This document shows, piece after piece, positions 1-14,300 of a stretch of 64,000 nucleotides of DNA. Below the pieces are notes generated by a model that was given only the letters and a program-made list of their open reading frames with translations, made no database searches and had not been told where the DNA came from. Source of the stretch: Mytilus edulis (taxonomy: Eukaryota); contig NC_092345.1 in NCBI RefSeq assembly GCF_963676685.1, positions 75,950,001 through 76,014,000 on the forward strand, in the 5' to 3' direction. Position 1 is the stretch's first letter; every line of letters starts with the position of its first letter. The position numbers and the translations under genes were made by a program.

Positions 1-101
1 TAATCTATAATTATTGACCAGTTATTTTATACACAAAAGATTTTCTTTAGATATGCAGGAAAAATATACTGCTGTACTAACTTCTTTTGTTTCTATTATA
101 G

Positions 102-3100
102 GTACTAGAAGACATCATAATGAAGGGTCAGAGGATGAGGTATCTACAATGGCAGATTCTCTTACAAGTCATCAGTACAAAAGTTATATTGTCAGCATGG
201 TCCATCGCCTTAGAGCTAATACAGATGTTCAGCTGGGTAAATTATTAGGAATCTATTCAGGATGTGTTCTTGATAAATATCTTGTTTTCTTAAAATCTAA
301 GCACTATGTATTTTGGTGGCTTTTTTTTTAATGTGCAATCAACAATTTTTGACCCACCGAATTATTTTGGAATAATCCTCATTGAAATCCTTAAAAAACG
401 GATGGTTTCAAAAAGGAGTAGGGGCAATATCAACCTACCGGTAATTAAAAACCGATCTCTCGTTGCTCTCGTTTTCTGATATGTCACGTGGGAGATCTAA
501 CGAAACCCGATTTGAGGTCACGTGTAAGTTAACTAGAAGTTATGAATTTATAATGTTATGCAAATGATTTGACGAGGACCTATTAATTAGCCAATCAAAA
601 AAGTTTATGAATTATTTGGACTGACGATTTCTTCGTAAATAAAATGAGTTACATCCCTTTACCTCACGATTAACTTTCAAGATCATCAAAGACTCATTTT
701 CATTGGTCGAAAAAGACACACCTACAAGGTCACTCACATGTGACCTCAAAGCGTGTTTCATAAGATCTCCCACGCGACATATCAGAAAACGGGAGCGATG
801 AGAGATTGGTTTTTAATTAGATTGGGGCACTATTAAGGGCCTTCATTGCCCATAATATAACATCAAATTCAAAAATTATCATTCATATTTTTAAAGTTGT
901 CCTAAGTAGTCTGAGGTACAAGTCAAGAAAATAAAAACAAATTACACATTGAACAACTTATCATGGCAACAAACCAAAATTTCTTGATTTTCCTTGTTTA
1001 AAAAAAAAAAATGAAAAACTTGTTTGGAAATTTTAACAATAACTATTTGTTTACTATATTTACACCCCTCCACCATTTCATTTGACTTTTTATGCCCCAC
1101 CTACGATAGTAGAGAGGCATTATGTTTTCTGGTCTGTGCCTCCGTTTGTCTGTGAGTCTGTTTGTTCTGCTTCAGGTTAAAGTTTTTGGTCAGGGAAGTT
1201 TTTGATGAAGTTGAAGTCCAATCAATTTGAAACCTAGTACACATGTTCACCATGATATGATCTTTCTTATTTTAATGTCAAATTTAAGTTTTGACCCCAG
1301 TTTTAAAGTCCACAGAACAAAGAAAAAGATAGTGCAAGCTCAGGTTAAAGCTTTTGGTCAAGGTACTTTTCAATGAAGTTGAAGTCCAATCAACTTGAAA
1401 TTTAGTACGCATATTCCCTATGATATATTCTTTTTAATTGTAATGCCAAATTAAAGTATTGACCTCAATTTCACGGTCCACTGAACATGTAAAATGGTAG
1501 TGAGAGTGGGACATCCGTGTACTATGGACACATTCTTGTTGTTTATGCTTTCTGTTGTTTTTCTAGGAAGTTGTCAACTAAAAGAATTGTTAAAGACACA
1601 AAAACCTTGTTTGACCCAGTTTCTCAATTCAAATAGATAATATCACACGACTATAACTTATATTATTTTTACAATATTTATATTCATTATGTCAAGTAGA
1701 AACACGATACTGTTCATTCACAAATTATTATGTGCATTTATTACTATAGGATTTTGGATGAATGGACAAAAAAGCGAGATTAATTATTATAATATCTGGA
1801 CAACTTGTATGCAATAATTTCTGAATTTTAATGTATATCATGACATTTTTCAGGTGTTAGTGGAGAGAAGGTAGAGGTAGACCCAGTTGGTTCAAAAGGG
1901 ACTAAATTTTTCAAACAAAGGGCCATGACTTATGATGCTGATAATATTGCATCTTGTGAAATCTTGGAAGAGAAATCAACAGGTAGTCTGTCAATATTGT
2001 GGAAATATATTATATATAACTTAACTGTGAAATCCACATCTAATACAGAAAATAAAGCATAAAAAGTACAGAATAACTGCCAAAAAACATTGTAAAATTC
2101 TAATGAAAAGTTCGATCATTTTAGAAACGGGAATAACATTAATGTTTACTTTTCAAACACACCCAAGTTTATGTCTCATTTGAAAATAACAACAATCTCT
2201 TAGTAAAAGCACACTCAAAGTTTTGATTAAACTATAGACTATACATTTTAACCTTTGAAAACTAGATTGATAAACTTAATTTTTGAAAATGTATAAAATA
2301 TATATTGTTCTGTAGTCAAAAGTGAAACCAGGTTCAATCTACCATTTTTGTCAAGCCTTCCACTTTAGTCGAAAAAGCGACACATAGGGATCCTACATTC
2401 CGTCCGTGTCGACGTCGTCTTCGGTGGTGGCAGTGGCCACAAATATTCACCCTGTGGTTAAAGTTTTTGAAATTTGGATAACTTTCTTTAAATATACTAG
2501 ATTTCTATTAAGCTTGGATAGAAGCTTGTTTATGATCATAAGATAATATTCAAAAGTAAATTTTGCAAAAATAAAATTCCATTTTTCCGTATTTTACTTA
2601 TAAATGGACTTAGTTGAACATTACATTCACTCTATGGTTAAAGTTTTTAAAATTTTAATAACTTTTTTATACCATTTTGGATTTGTACGAAACTTGGACT
2701 GAAGCAAGTTTATGATCAAAAGCTAGTATCTATATATAGCATGTATACTATGCATGATTCACATGCGTGGCAAGAAACATGTGTATAATGCATGTAAAAC
2801 ACCTGTGACATGTGTGTTTTTAGATACATGCATAACACATGTAGAAGGGAATTTTGTTAAAATGTACATGTATCTGTATTTTACTTATAAATGGACTTAG
2901 TTTTTCTTCCAGTTAACATTACATCCAGTCTGCAGTTAAATTTGTTTTAACATTTATAAGATTCATAAACTATCCTGGATGTTTACCAAACTTGGACAGA
3001 AGCTTCTTACAATAAAAAAATAGTATCAAGAGGAATGATTTTATTGATTTTTTTCCTCATTTTTATGAGCCTGCGATTTACAGCAATAGTAGGCGAGACA

Positions 3101-3737
3101 CTGGGTTCCGCGGAACCCTTACAAATTTTTTCTATAATGTCCTGTACCAAGTCAGGAATATGGCAGTTCTTATCAAATAGTCAATATCTGTGTATGTTGT
3201 AATTTTTTTTTGTTGAAATTCCGTGTTTCTGTTGTTATTTTGTTTTCCTCTTATAGTTGATTTGTTTCCCTTGGTTTTAGTTTGTTACCTGCATTTGTTT
3301 CCCTTGGTTTTAGTTTGTTACCTGAATTTGCTTCCCTTGGTTTTAGTTTGTTACCTGGATTTGTTTCCCTTGGTTTTAGTTTGTTACCTGGATTTGTTTC
3401 CCTGGGTTTTAGTTTGTTACCTGGATTTGTTTTCACTTTATGACTATTGAACAGCCATATACTACCGTTGTCTTTATTTGCTAACATCATATATAATATT
3501 CTTTCAGGTAAATCTGTGTTCAGGATAACTTACCTCACAAGCCATGATTATAAACACAGTGATTTCGAGTCAGATTCAGAAGTGGGTAATGAAATTGTGT
3601 CAAAAATTAATAACATTCTTGAATTAAGACTTAGTCCTGTGAGGAAAGACTTTGTGGCTACTAGAGCAGCAAAGCATTTAAGAAAGAGAGATTCATTACG
3701 AGATTCCTTTAGACTGTCTAAGTACACTGATAACTGA
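102..3737 (+). CDS. MAPKAP1: Target of rapamycin complex 2 subunit SIN1, last three coding exons (C-terminal PH domain); 5' part lies outside the window
   Basis: Exons 102-236, 1854-1982 and 3508-3737 have AG/GT boundaries and consistent phase 1 junctions. They translate to [35 protein letters not shown]...ASCEILEEKST-GKSVFRITYLTSHDYKHSDFESDSEVGNEIVSKINNILE, which I recognise as the SIN1 PH domain. Stop TGA at 3735-3737. Confidence 0.93.
442..819. mobile_element. MITE with ~85-bp imperfect terminal inverted repeats
   Basis: TAATTAAAAACCGATCTCTCGTTGCTCTCGTTTTCTGATATGTCACGTGGGAGATCT at 442 is mirrored by AGATCTCCCACGCGACATATCAGAAAACGGGAGCGATGAGAGATTGGTTTTTAATTA ending at 819. No coding capacity. 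Confidence 0.75.
1086..1540 (-). mobile_element. Helentron/pearl-type non-autonomous element (same family as 22645-22975)
   Basis: Reverse complement of the 22645-22975 element: TTTTATGCCCCACCTACGATAGTAGAGAGGCATTATG hairpin end, degenerate GTCT/GTCC microsatellite, two internal repeat units, and a GGACACATTCTTGTT end. Confidence 0.75.
2346..3128 (-). mobile_element. Helentron/pearl-like non-autonomous element with internal degenerate repeats
   Basis: Starts TTTTTGTCAAGCCTTCCACTTTAGTCGAAAAAGCGACACATAGG with a short CGTC-rich tract, contains repeated ~180-bp internal units, and ends ...GGGTTCCGCGGAACCCTTACAAATTTTT. Same architecture as the other such elements here. Confidence 0.5.
3258..3432. 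repeat. 33-bp tandem repeat, about 5 copies
   Basis: Unit GATTTGTTTCCCTTGGTTTTAGTTTGTTACCTG. It accounts for the spurious 11-aa-repeat ORFs at 3223 and 3251. Confidence 0.9.
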
Positions 3738-5342
3738 AAGACAGAACTATTTTTGTACTATCAGTCATAATTTCATAAAAGATGTAAAGAATCATGGTTA
3801 TATACCTCTATATAAATCTGACATTGAGCTGCTAGATATACAGTCATTTTATCAAGATTACCAATACTGTGTTACCATGAAAGACAAAGGTGTGTGTAAT
3901 TGATAAAATATTGAGTATTTATTAAGTCTGAAGAACAGACAAGGTCTTTTAAATTAACATACAAACAGAAAAATAATTATTGTTGAACAATATACAGTTT
4001 TTTTAATGGTTTCAAATTATTGTTGTATCTTATGAAATAAAATATAGATAATTGTGTAAAATTTAATTCATGAGTTTCAGCTAGAGAAGTTTACTTCATG
4101 TCTCCAAGGTATATATTAGCAGATTACCAAGCTTTGTGAGTGTGTGTAAAAAAACATCTTCTCTTCTGGCATGTTACAAGGATTTTTTATTTATAAGTAG
4201 TAATTCAACCCAAAGTAAATTGATAATGTGATTTGGTGCTCTGTAAAACATGGTTCAATCTACCACTTACTTTTGAAGTGTGTCTGTACCAACTCTGAAT
4301 TATTGACAGTTTTTAGTCCTCTACCAAATTCGAAGGGGACTTTAGGTTTGCACTCCATTCGTCTGTCCATCTATCAGTCCGGCAAATCAGTTTTCCACAC
4401 TTTTGTCTTCATGCTTGAAGATGTTTGTTAATTTGATATTTTGTTTATTGTCTTATTATGACAAGTTACAAATTAATTTCAAATTTTGTTCCATTCTGAT
4501 GATTTTGTGCAGAGTTATGGTCCTTTGACTTAGAAAGTTCAGTAAAATAATCATTGTTCCATTCTTTTTTTTTTATCATTCTTCAAGATATTGATTAGAT
4601 AATTGGTATATAGTTTTATCATGACAAGTTACAGTTCAAGTTTGAATTTTGTTCTTGTCAGATGACTTTGTACAGAAATATGGTCCTTGCACTTAAAAAG
4701 TTCACTTAAATAATCAGTTGTCCATTTTTTTTTGGTCATGCTTGAAGATGCTGACTTCATATTTGTGATACAGTTTTCACCATGAAAAGTTAGAGATCAA
4801 GTTAGAATTTTTTCCAATACAATGTATTTTTTCTGTGTTAGGGGATTATATATTGCCATTAAATACTCACAGAATGATTGTTCTCTTTGATATCAAAATA
4901 AAAGATTTTCCTTTACGCAGCCGATATTTGTGGATATTTATTGAATATACCTTGGGAATTTTGTGAATGCAAATATCCTACTTTCAAAAGTAGCCTCATC
5001 AGGGACTTGAAAAATTAGACTTGCTGCTTCTCTGCATTGGTCTGCTAACCACTCAGAATTTAAGAATAAAAACAAAGATTGGTTTGATTCATATTCAGAA
5101 TATGTCAGGATAGGGTAAAATAGCACCACCATGTGAACTAGTATGGCTAATTTATAAGCATGTCAGTCTAGTACAAAGCAGGATTCACAACACATCAATT
5201 TGTTCTCGTCCTGATGTGCATATAATATTGGTAGTACATGTATTTGATTATGGATGCCAAATACTCATTCATCCATTATTCATTATAGGTTAATTCATAC
5301 AAAACATTTATAGAGTTAAATTATCCATTTATTGCACAATAA

Positions 5343-8300
5343 TCAGACCCTGTTGATTCTATCTTGACATAATATTGAGGTCACAATGTCTTCTGGTTTA
5401 ATTAGTCTTGTACTTCCAACAATTACCTGAAAATAAAAAGGAGTTTGTATATATATTATTTAGCACAATACTTCAACATCCTTACTTGATTTTAAATCAT
5501 AGAAAATATTTACAAGACACACTACTGAATAAAAGAAGAATGTGTCCATGGGACACAGACAATGCTGCCACTTGCATATAATGTTATAAAGGGACACAAC
5601 TCAAGAACAGCAAAAGTAAAGCAAAACAAATTTGAACTTAATCTGTGTTTTGTGTATAAGTTTATAACATAAAGTTGAGGCAATCTAAAGGTAGAGAAAA
5701 GAAACTTGTTTTGGGACGTACTGACATACAAGGGCCATCAGTTACTGCAGAGGCATAAAAAGACTAGAAGAGACGACACGAATGGCCCTGTCTCAAAAAG
5801 TTGAAAAATCTGCAATTTCAATAACACATTTGGACACAAACATGATGGTGGTCTCACATATCAAAAATCAGCTCAATATCTGATGGCGTATAGAAAAAAA
5901 GTCTGTATAACTGTGATTTTCAAAAATTTAACATAGTCCAAAGCCCGTAATTTCGGCAAAAATTAGTGGAGTGAAATGAAACTTCCACTTGATCTATAAC
6001 TCATCATGAGTAGCTCACATACCAAAAATCACCCCAATATCTGAAAGCATTTAGAAAAAAAGTCTGTATAACTGTGATTTTCAACAATTTAACAGGTCCA
6101 TACCCCGTAATTTCGGCAAAAATTAGCCAAGCGTAACAAAAGTTTCACTTGATCTGTAACATATCTTGGTTAACTCACATACCAAAAATCATCCCAATAT
6201 CTGAAAGCGTTTAGAAAAAAAAATTTATAACCGATTTTCAACAATTTAACATAGTCCAAAGCCCGTAATTTTGGCAAAAATTAGCGGAGCTGAACGAAAG
6301 TTAAACTTGATCTGTAACTCATCATGGTTAACTCACAAACCAAAAATCAGCCCAATATCTGAAGGCCTTTACAAAAAAACTCTTTATAATGGTTTGTTGC
6401 TGAATGACGGAATGATGGAATTTCTGAATGACGGAATTTCAGAATTTCGGACAAGGGTATAACTATATGGCACTGACAACTTCGTTGTGGGGCCATAAAA
6501 AGAAGAGAAAGTGGGCAATTGAAAATTATAAGTCCACTATGGGCATTAAGATTTCAAAAAATAAACAAACAACAATAACACACTGCTACATACTAAACTT
6601 TAGATATACCAAACAAAGAACCCCACCAAAAAGGTCTAACTCAGACATGTCAGATCGATATTCCCGAAATAATAAGCAGTTCCTACTCTACTAGTGATGA
6701 TGCATTCAAAGTATTACCTGTGATGAAAGTTTAAGTGATGCACATAAGTCCTTTATTTGTTTGAGTTCTGTAGAAGTTACACCTCCAACAACAAATATAA
6801 TCAGTAATGGATGGTCACTAGGGCGTGGTTTACTCACTGTCCTAAATAACCTATCATAAGAAATAAAAACAATATTAAAATCAGTTTACCATTAATGGCT
6901 TTACACAATTGACCAAAAACAGACATACAAACAAACACAAGCAACATTAAGAAAACATGAGGATGTAAAAAGTATCTATAAAACAAGAAAAAGTACAAAA
7001 TCTAAAAGAATCCTTAAAACATAATCACTTTTGATATTTGTGTTGCAATAAAAACTGATTATTTTCACTTCATTTTGTCATTTTAATGAAGTACTTGGAT
7101 GTTTAGAATAATAGTGTATAATGTAATGTAAACCTCACCCAAAGCCAGACTTCAAAAGATCCCCAAATCCTGATGATTTCAGCTCCACATCAGGAAGTTC
7201 TGGTTTGCTGGGATCAAACATTACATTGATCAGCTGTTTTAGTATTGGCATCAGCTGTGAAGGTCCTAAAGCACTTTCCTCACACACAGAACTACAATGA
7301 TAATGAGATTATGCACAGCTATTTACAGTAATATAGATATTGCTTAACAATTGAAGTAAGCCAAACATCATTATACAGTCATGTAGCTCATTAAAGCACA
7401 CCTTACCGGATAGCTTGAATGGACGCCTCACGAATAACTTTTTTTCAATCCGTTCATGTCTGTTAAACATCGGGACTTATCCCTTAGACGTCCGTCTATA
7501 TCTGTTGTATGTTCGTTAAGCGTACGTTTTATCTGTCCGTTGAAAAATTTTGAGCATGTTCAAAACTTTTAACAGACGTCCAAAGGATAAAATGTTCGTT
7601 GAACGTCCGTTAGGTGTCCGTATCGTTTCCGTTTTGTATCTGTTACGTGTCCATTATTCATCCTTTGGAAGATAATAGAGAATTTTTTAAGTCTTGCTGA
7701 TGAATAGTATAATAAAGAGCAAAGTGGTTTTATTATTCGTTGTTATACGAAAAAAAATCATTTACCTGAATTGTTTAAGGTTGTTCCTTGCAGATGATAT
7801 TGCTTTAAACTTCTGCCAAGCATCATCCAGAATGGCTGTTACTACTTCTTCATTTATTGTATCACCAACTGTAAAACACGAAATCAAAAGTTAAAACAGA
7901 TAATGTTAATGCTGACAAAATATGAGTAAGTCTCTTTCAAGACACAAGTGATAAAATATGTGTAAGGTGAGTTGTTTCCAAGACATGTGTGAAAAAAAAC
8001 ATGTATTGGATGAAAGAACAGACAGGTGATTGCAATAGAGTGCACAGACAGTTATAGTATAATAATTTCTCAAACCTCTAAACCCCATTTACATTAAATA
8101 ATTTAATTTTGGATGTAATGCCTCTTCTGATAGGCTTACATCATTGTGTTTATCAGATCATAGACATAATTTATTCATGTGACCATTACGTCATCAACAT
8201 TTTTTCATGGTTTACTCCTGTTTAAAATGGAATTTGGAATTCAATTATAAGAAATAACTGTAATATTTTATCTGTCTATTCAAAATAACGTAAAAAAAAA

Positions 8301-11300
8301 TGTTGCTCACACAGGTTATTCAGTATGCACCACATTTTTTATGTCATTTCTTCATAGACAGAAAAAATATCACAATCATTCCTTAAATATAAACATAAAA
8401 CATTAACAAACCTATCTGCTGGGTCAATGGTGGCAATGTATTCTTCTCTCTCAAAACATACTTCACCAAAACAGCCTAAAACAGGAATACATCTATTCTT
8501 AATTACAAAGTTGATGAGCATTTAGAACCAACAATTGAATAAGGTACCTGTTAATTTCCTAAACTAAAGCATTATTTTATCTTTATTACTGAAACCCAAT
8601 ATAAGTATGTAGTGTTAGCTTTGTCTCTTTTTTTCAGGAGGGTAGTTATAAGGATATTCAAGAAGAGAATAAGAGAATAAAACGACAAAAATATCTTTAA
8701 GTGCCACCCTTGGAAAACTGGAGAAAAATTATACTTCAAAATCTGTTCTTATCTTCAACTAGTGATAGATAATCATGCAAAATTTTATTAATATTTTAAA
8801 GATGACACAAACTAGCTATCTCTCTCTCTCTATATATATATATATATAGTATTTAGTAACAAAAGTCTTCATACGATTAGTCAGAAACCACCCTCTTTTG
8901 AATATTTGTCAAATTTCTATGTTTATAACATACATACTGACAATGTTTCAATACTTTTCAAGTTATCATCCATTCTGGGATTACATTTGTATTCATATAT
9001 CATAACTCTTATAAGAGCACAAATTGACCTTTTACAAGATTTCTCAGGAATAATGTTTATATTATTTTGTAGACTTTACCATAGCTTTAAGTAGTAATAA
9101 AATTCTGGAAAAAGTCTACATTGTGTATCATTAAGTTTTAATATGTTCTCACCTTAACTTGTTCTTCTTTATCACTCTTAATTCTGGTCCCATACACAGA
9201 ATAAACAAACATTATTAGACAGAATATATCATCTAATGTGCAGGATCTGTAAATAAACCATTCAAATAATATTAAAATATTTTTGTATATTTTGTAATTC
9301 CAATAGTCTCTATATACATGTACTGTGGATTCATTATTATACCTTGGATACCAATTTTCGTGGATTTCGTGCATGGGTACAGGTAAAGCTTGAAATTTTC
9401 AATGAATGACAAATTTTTGTATAGGCTTGTATGTAGACCTTGGCAAAACCACAAAATTAAACATCCAGGAATACATAAGATTTCAATTATCCACGAAAAT
9501 AAATATCCAGGAATACATAAGATTTCCTTTATCCACGAAATTAAATAACCAGGAATACAGAAGATTTCCTTTATCCATGAAAATAAATATCCAGGAATAC
9601 ATAAGATTTCCTTTATCCATGAAAATAAATATCCAGGAATACATAAGAGTTCCTTTATCCGCGAAAATAAATATCCAGGAATACATAAGATTTCCTTTAT
9701 CCACGAAATTAAATAACCAGGAATACATAAGATTTCATTTATCCACGAACATAAATATCCAGGAATACATAAGATTTCCTTTATCCATGAAAATAATTAT
9801 CCAGGAATACATAAGATTTCCTTTATCCATGAAAATAAATATCCAGGAATACATAAGATTTTCTTTATCCACAAAAATAAATAACCAGGAATACATAAGA
9901 TTTCCTTTATCCATGAAAATAAATATCCAGGAATACATAAGATTTTCTTTATCCACGAAAATAAATATCCAGGAATAAAAATAAATATCCAGGAATACAT
10001 AAGATTTCCTTTATCCGCGAAAATAAATAACCAGGAATACATAAGATTTCCTTTATCCATGAAAATAAATATCCAGGAATACATAAGATTTCCTTTATCC
10101 ATGAAAATAAATATCCAGGAATACATAAGATTTCCTTTATCCGCGAAAATAAATAACCAGGAATACATAAGATTTCCTTTATCCATGAAAATAAATATCC
10201 AGGAATACATAAGATTTCCTTTATCCATGAAAATAAATATCCAGGAATACATAAGATTTCCTTTATCCGCGAAAATAAATAACCAGGAATACATAAGATT
10301 TCCTTTATCCATGAAAATAAATATCCAGGAATACATAAGATTTCCTTTATCCATGAAAATAAATATCCAGGAATACATAAGATTTCCTTTATCCACAAAA
10401 ATAAATGAATCCACAGTAGACCAGGTATATTTAGTCACTTTTTGGTGAAAATTAACAAAATTCAGATTTTTTTCTTGTAAAGCAAATACCAACATTACTT
10501 GACTAGTCTCTACTTGTCCTGTATACATTTAATTCAACAAAATGTTTAAATAATAAAGGAAAATCAAGGGTTCCATTGAACTATGTGTCTACCATGTGAT
10601 TGCTACTGTCAGTGTAAAAGAGAAATATTCACAGTAAAAAGTGAGTCTATTTATCAGTAAAATACAGGATTAAATTCTCAAACTTTCATTTAAGTTGCTA
10701 TTTTTTTATTTGGAAGATAAGCTTCTGTCCAAATTTCATAAATAATCTTGAAACATTTCAGTCATACATTACAATCAATTCTCATGGTAAGATTGTTTGT
10801 GAAAAGGGCCCAACATCCTTTGCCAACAATTCAATCATAAGAATCAGCTGTCACCAATCTGTTTTATTTTCTGGTTTTAAGACCTTAACAAGATCTCCTA
10901 GTTTTTTTGTGATATTTAACACCTTCAAAAATTTGCAGGCAGACATTTCATTGGTTGACATACTTATCAGAACAGAAAGTAAAACAGACAATTGTTAGAT
11001 TCAAGCTTGGGCACAGGATTTGTATTTCAATCAAGAGAACAATTGTAGCTGACTTGATCAAAGTTTTATTTCAACATCATTGTAAGCAATGGTTACCAAC
11101 ATTCTTATTTAACAAGCATGTGACTAAATCTGTTTGTATATCAAAAGTAGACATTTGGGTTTGTTATTTTACCGTTCAGTTGTTGTCTTCTCTGTCTCTG
11201 TGATAATAAGTCTGTATATCTCTTCTAAAGGATCTGTCTCATCACTGTAACCCTGTATCAACAGTTTCTCAATCCCAGATAGACTGTCTAATTGTTGTTG

Positions 11301-14300
11301 TCTCTGACTTTTTAACAGATGGAAGACTGCCATAGAAACTTGTAACGTATTGATGTGTTTAAGAATCATGTCATATTTCCCCCTAAAAATATAAATTGAA
11401 TCAGCCCTTAGATTAGTTAGCAATTTCAATTCTGTCCAGTAGAACCATTGTTGCTGAAATTTACAAATTTTAATATAAAACTGTTTTAAATCTGTATCAA
11501 TTTTTATTTATATTGATTATTTTATTGTGTTGTTTATTTCACAGAGGCAAAACCAATGGGTGTACAGGTTACTAAGGGGTGTTAAAATACCCAAATCTAC
11601 AGATATGAACATAGATAACAAATTTATCTCTGAATGTTGTTTGTATCTGGCAATTTATAGGGATTTTCTGACAAAAAAGTGTAACGTGAAAGCAATGTTT
11701 GTTTTCCAAACATTCCAAAAAATTTGGAAATGTGCAATATTTTTTACCATCTGTAGAATATACATCCTTTGGTAGAATCCTGCAGGCAGTCATACATTTT
11801 TAATCAAGAGACGGAGAAAATAGAATAAATCAAATTTGGAGCTGAAGATTGTGAGTGTTACACCATAGACAATGTGAAGTCAATGTGGGTACTTTGCATA
11901 TTGCATAACTAGGTAACTATACCTAGTCCTGTTCATTGAAGTGATAGATAAATGATAAATTTTAATGTGCGTATTGTTATGTGTTTACTTTTCTACATTG
12001 GCTAGAGGTATAGGGGGAGGGTTGAGATCTCATAAACATGTTTAACCCCGCCGCAATTTTGCGCCTGTCCCAAGTCAGGAGCCTCTGGCCTTTGTTAGTT
12101 TTGTATGATTTTTAATTTTAGTTTCTTGTGTAAAATTCGAAGTTTAGTTTGATGTCTATTATCACTGTACTAGTATACATATTTTTTAAGGGGCCAGCTG
12201 AAGGTCGCCTATGGGTGCAGGAGTTTCTCGCTATATTGAAGACCCATTGGTGGCCTTAGGCTGTTTTTTACTCTATAGTTGGGTTGTTGTCGCTTTGACA
12301 CATTCCCCATTTCCTTTCTCAATTTTACATGTACTATGATGAATGCCAATGAAAGTCATAATAGAATAAAAGTGTTAATGAATTACATATTCAGTTACAA
12401 TCATCATGGATAATCTACAGAATTCTATCTTTCATTGAAAACAACCATGGAACTTATGAAAATGCATGTGAAGTATCCTAGGGTAATGGTTAACAGAAGG
12501 GATTTTTTAGCAACATATATTAGCCAACTAAAATATGAGAAACAGTTTAAGTCGTAGATAAAATGATATGAACTAAAAACATTCAAAAGCTAAATCATTA
12601 TACTTTTCAACCTTATTAAAAAACTTGGCTATAAACTCACTTGAAAAGAGAAAGAGTATTTTCCAACTGATCTGCAGTAACTCGTCCAGGCTTGCCTGTA
12701 AGCTTTAATGGTAAATTTTCTTTTGAAGCTATGTCTACCAACTGTCTGTTTACTTCCATCAAACCTTCCTTTATAAAAAATGATGTACATTTTTGTACTT
12801 TTATTATCATTTTTGGATACACTGGTCAAAGAATATAATAGTGCATATAAAGTCAAAGAGTTTTTTTTTATTAGTGCCAATAACGACATCCACAATTTGC
12901 AGAAAATACAAAATCAACATTATAGAACTAACAGTTAAATCCTGAGGTCATTTTAAAAAGTTTTCACCAATCTTTAAAATCAACATTTATTGCATAATAT
13001 CAAATAGTAAATTTCATAGAATACAACTGACTCCAACAGTTTTGAGAATTTTCTACTGAGAGTAATCTATTGACAACCTGTTTACATTTAATTTACTACA
13101 AATATCACAAGCCCCAAAGTAAAATGTTAAAATCCTACTTTTAGTTTTATGTCTTATATTTCACAACCAAAGATTTTTTTCTAAAAAGAAATCACAAAGC
13201 AATTTAGACTATGTTCTCATACAATAGCTACATTGTATATGTTTCTACACATAGGGGAAACAATCAATATTAGTCAGTGATGTTTTCATAGAAGGAAAAA
13301 GTATGTATGCTCATGATGCTAGCTGTTACTTTTCTCATTATTTTATAAATCTGCTTCACTAACCAGACAGACTATAAACAGATCTGTACATTGAAGAAAC
13401 TTACCTTTACTTTATTTGTTAGAAGTGGCTGTAAATGTTGTTGGTTGTGTCCATTAAAAGAAGCTAGACACCCAGGTAAGACAGTTGAGGAAGCATCTCT
13501 GAAATATTTACATATTCTATTATCAACTAAAGAAAGCGAATAATAACTTAGAAAAAGATAGATCCCAGATTTAATTAAAGAACCTTAGTGAGCACGCTCA
13601 CATACCCCACGTCCCCACATTGTCATTTGAGAAATTAAATAAGTATAAGAAAAAATATTGAATAATAATTTCCTGTCAATATACACATCTACATAGTACA
13701 TGTATGTCCTTATTATCTACAAAATTTCATGAAATTCTGTTGTGTGTTTTCAGAGGAGTTGAGATGACAAACTTGCAGAAGTACATTGAAGCAAATAAGT
13801 TCAAAGGGGCATAACTCCTAGAAATAAAATTGAATCCTAATTTCCCGTTGATATGCACAACTACATAATATGTCCTTTTCATATAAAAAGATTTCGTGAA
13901 ATTCTGTTGTGTGGTTTGAGAGGAGTTGCGATGACAAACTGTTGCAGTAGTACATTAAGTAAATAAGTTCAAAGGGGCGTAACTCCTAGAAATAAAATTG
14001 AATCGCAATTTCCCATCGATATGCACAACTACATAGTATGTCCTTATTATCTGAAAAGGTTTCGTGAAATTCTGTTGTGTGGTTTGAGAGGAGTTGCGAT
14101 GACAAACTGTTGCAGTAGTACATTAAAGTAAATGAGTTCAAAGGCGCGTAACTCCTAGAAAAAAAATTGAATTGCAATTTCCCGTCGATATGCACAACTA
14201 CATAGTATGTCCTTATTATCTGAAAAGGTTTCGTGAAATTCTGTTGTGTGGTTTGAGAGGAGTTGCGATGACAAACTGTTGCAGTAGTACATTAAAGTAA

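Noticed and set aside
9406-10528. Long repetitive ORFs on both strands (KINIQEYIRFPLSM repeats, up to 243 aa)
   Set aside because: They arise from a 42-bp (multiple of 3) minisatellite inside a MITE in an SCFD2 intron. There is no evidence of a gene.
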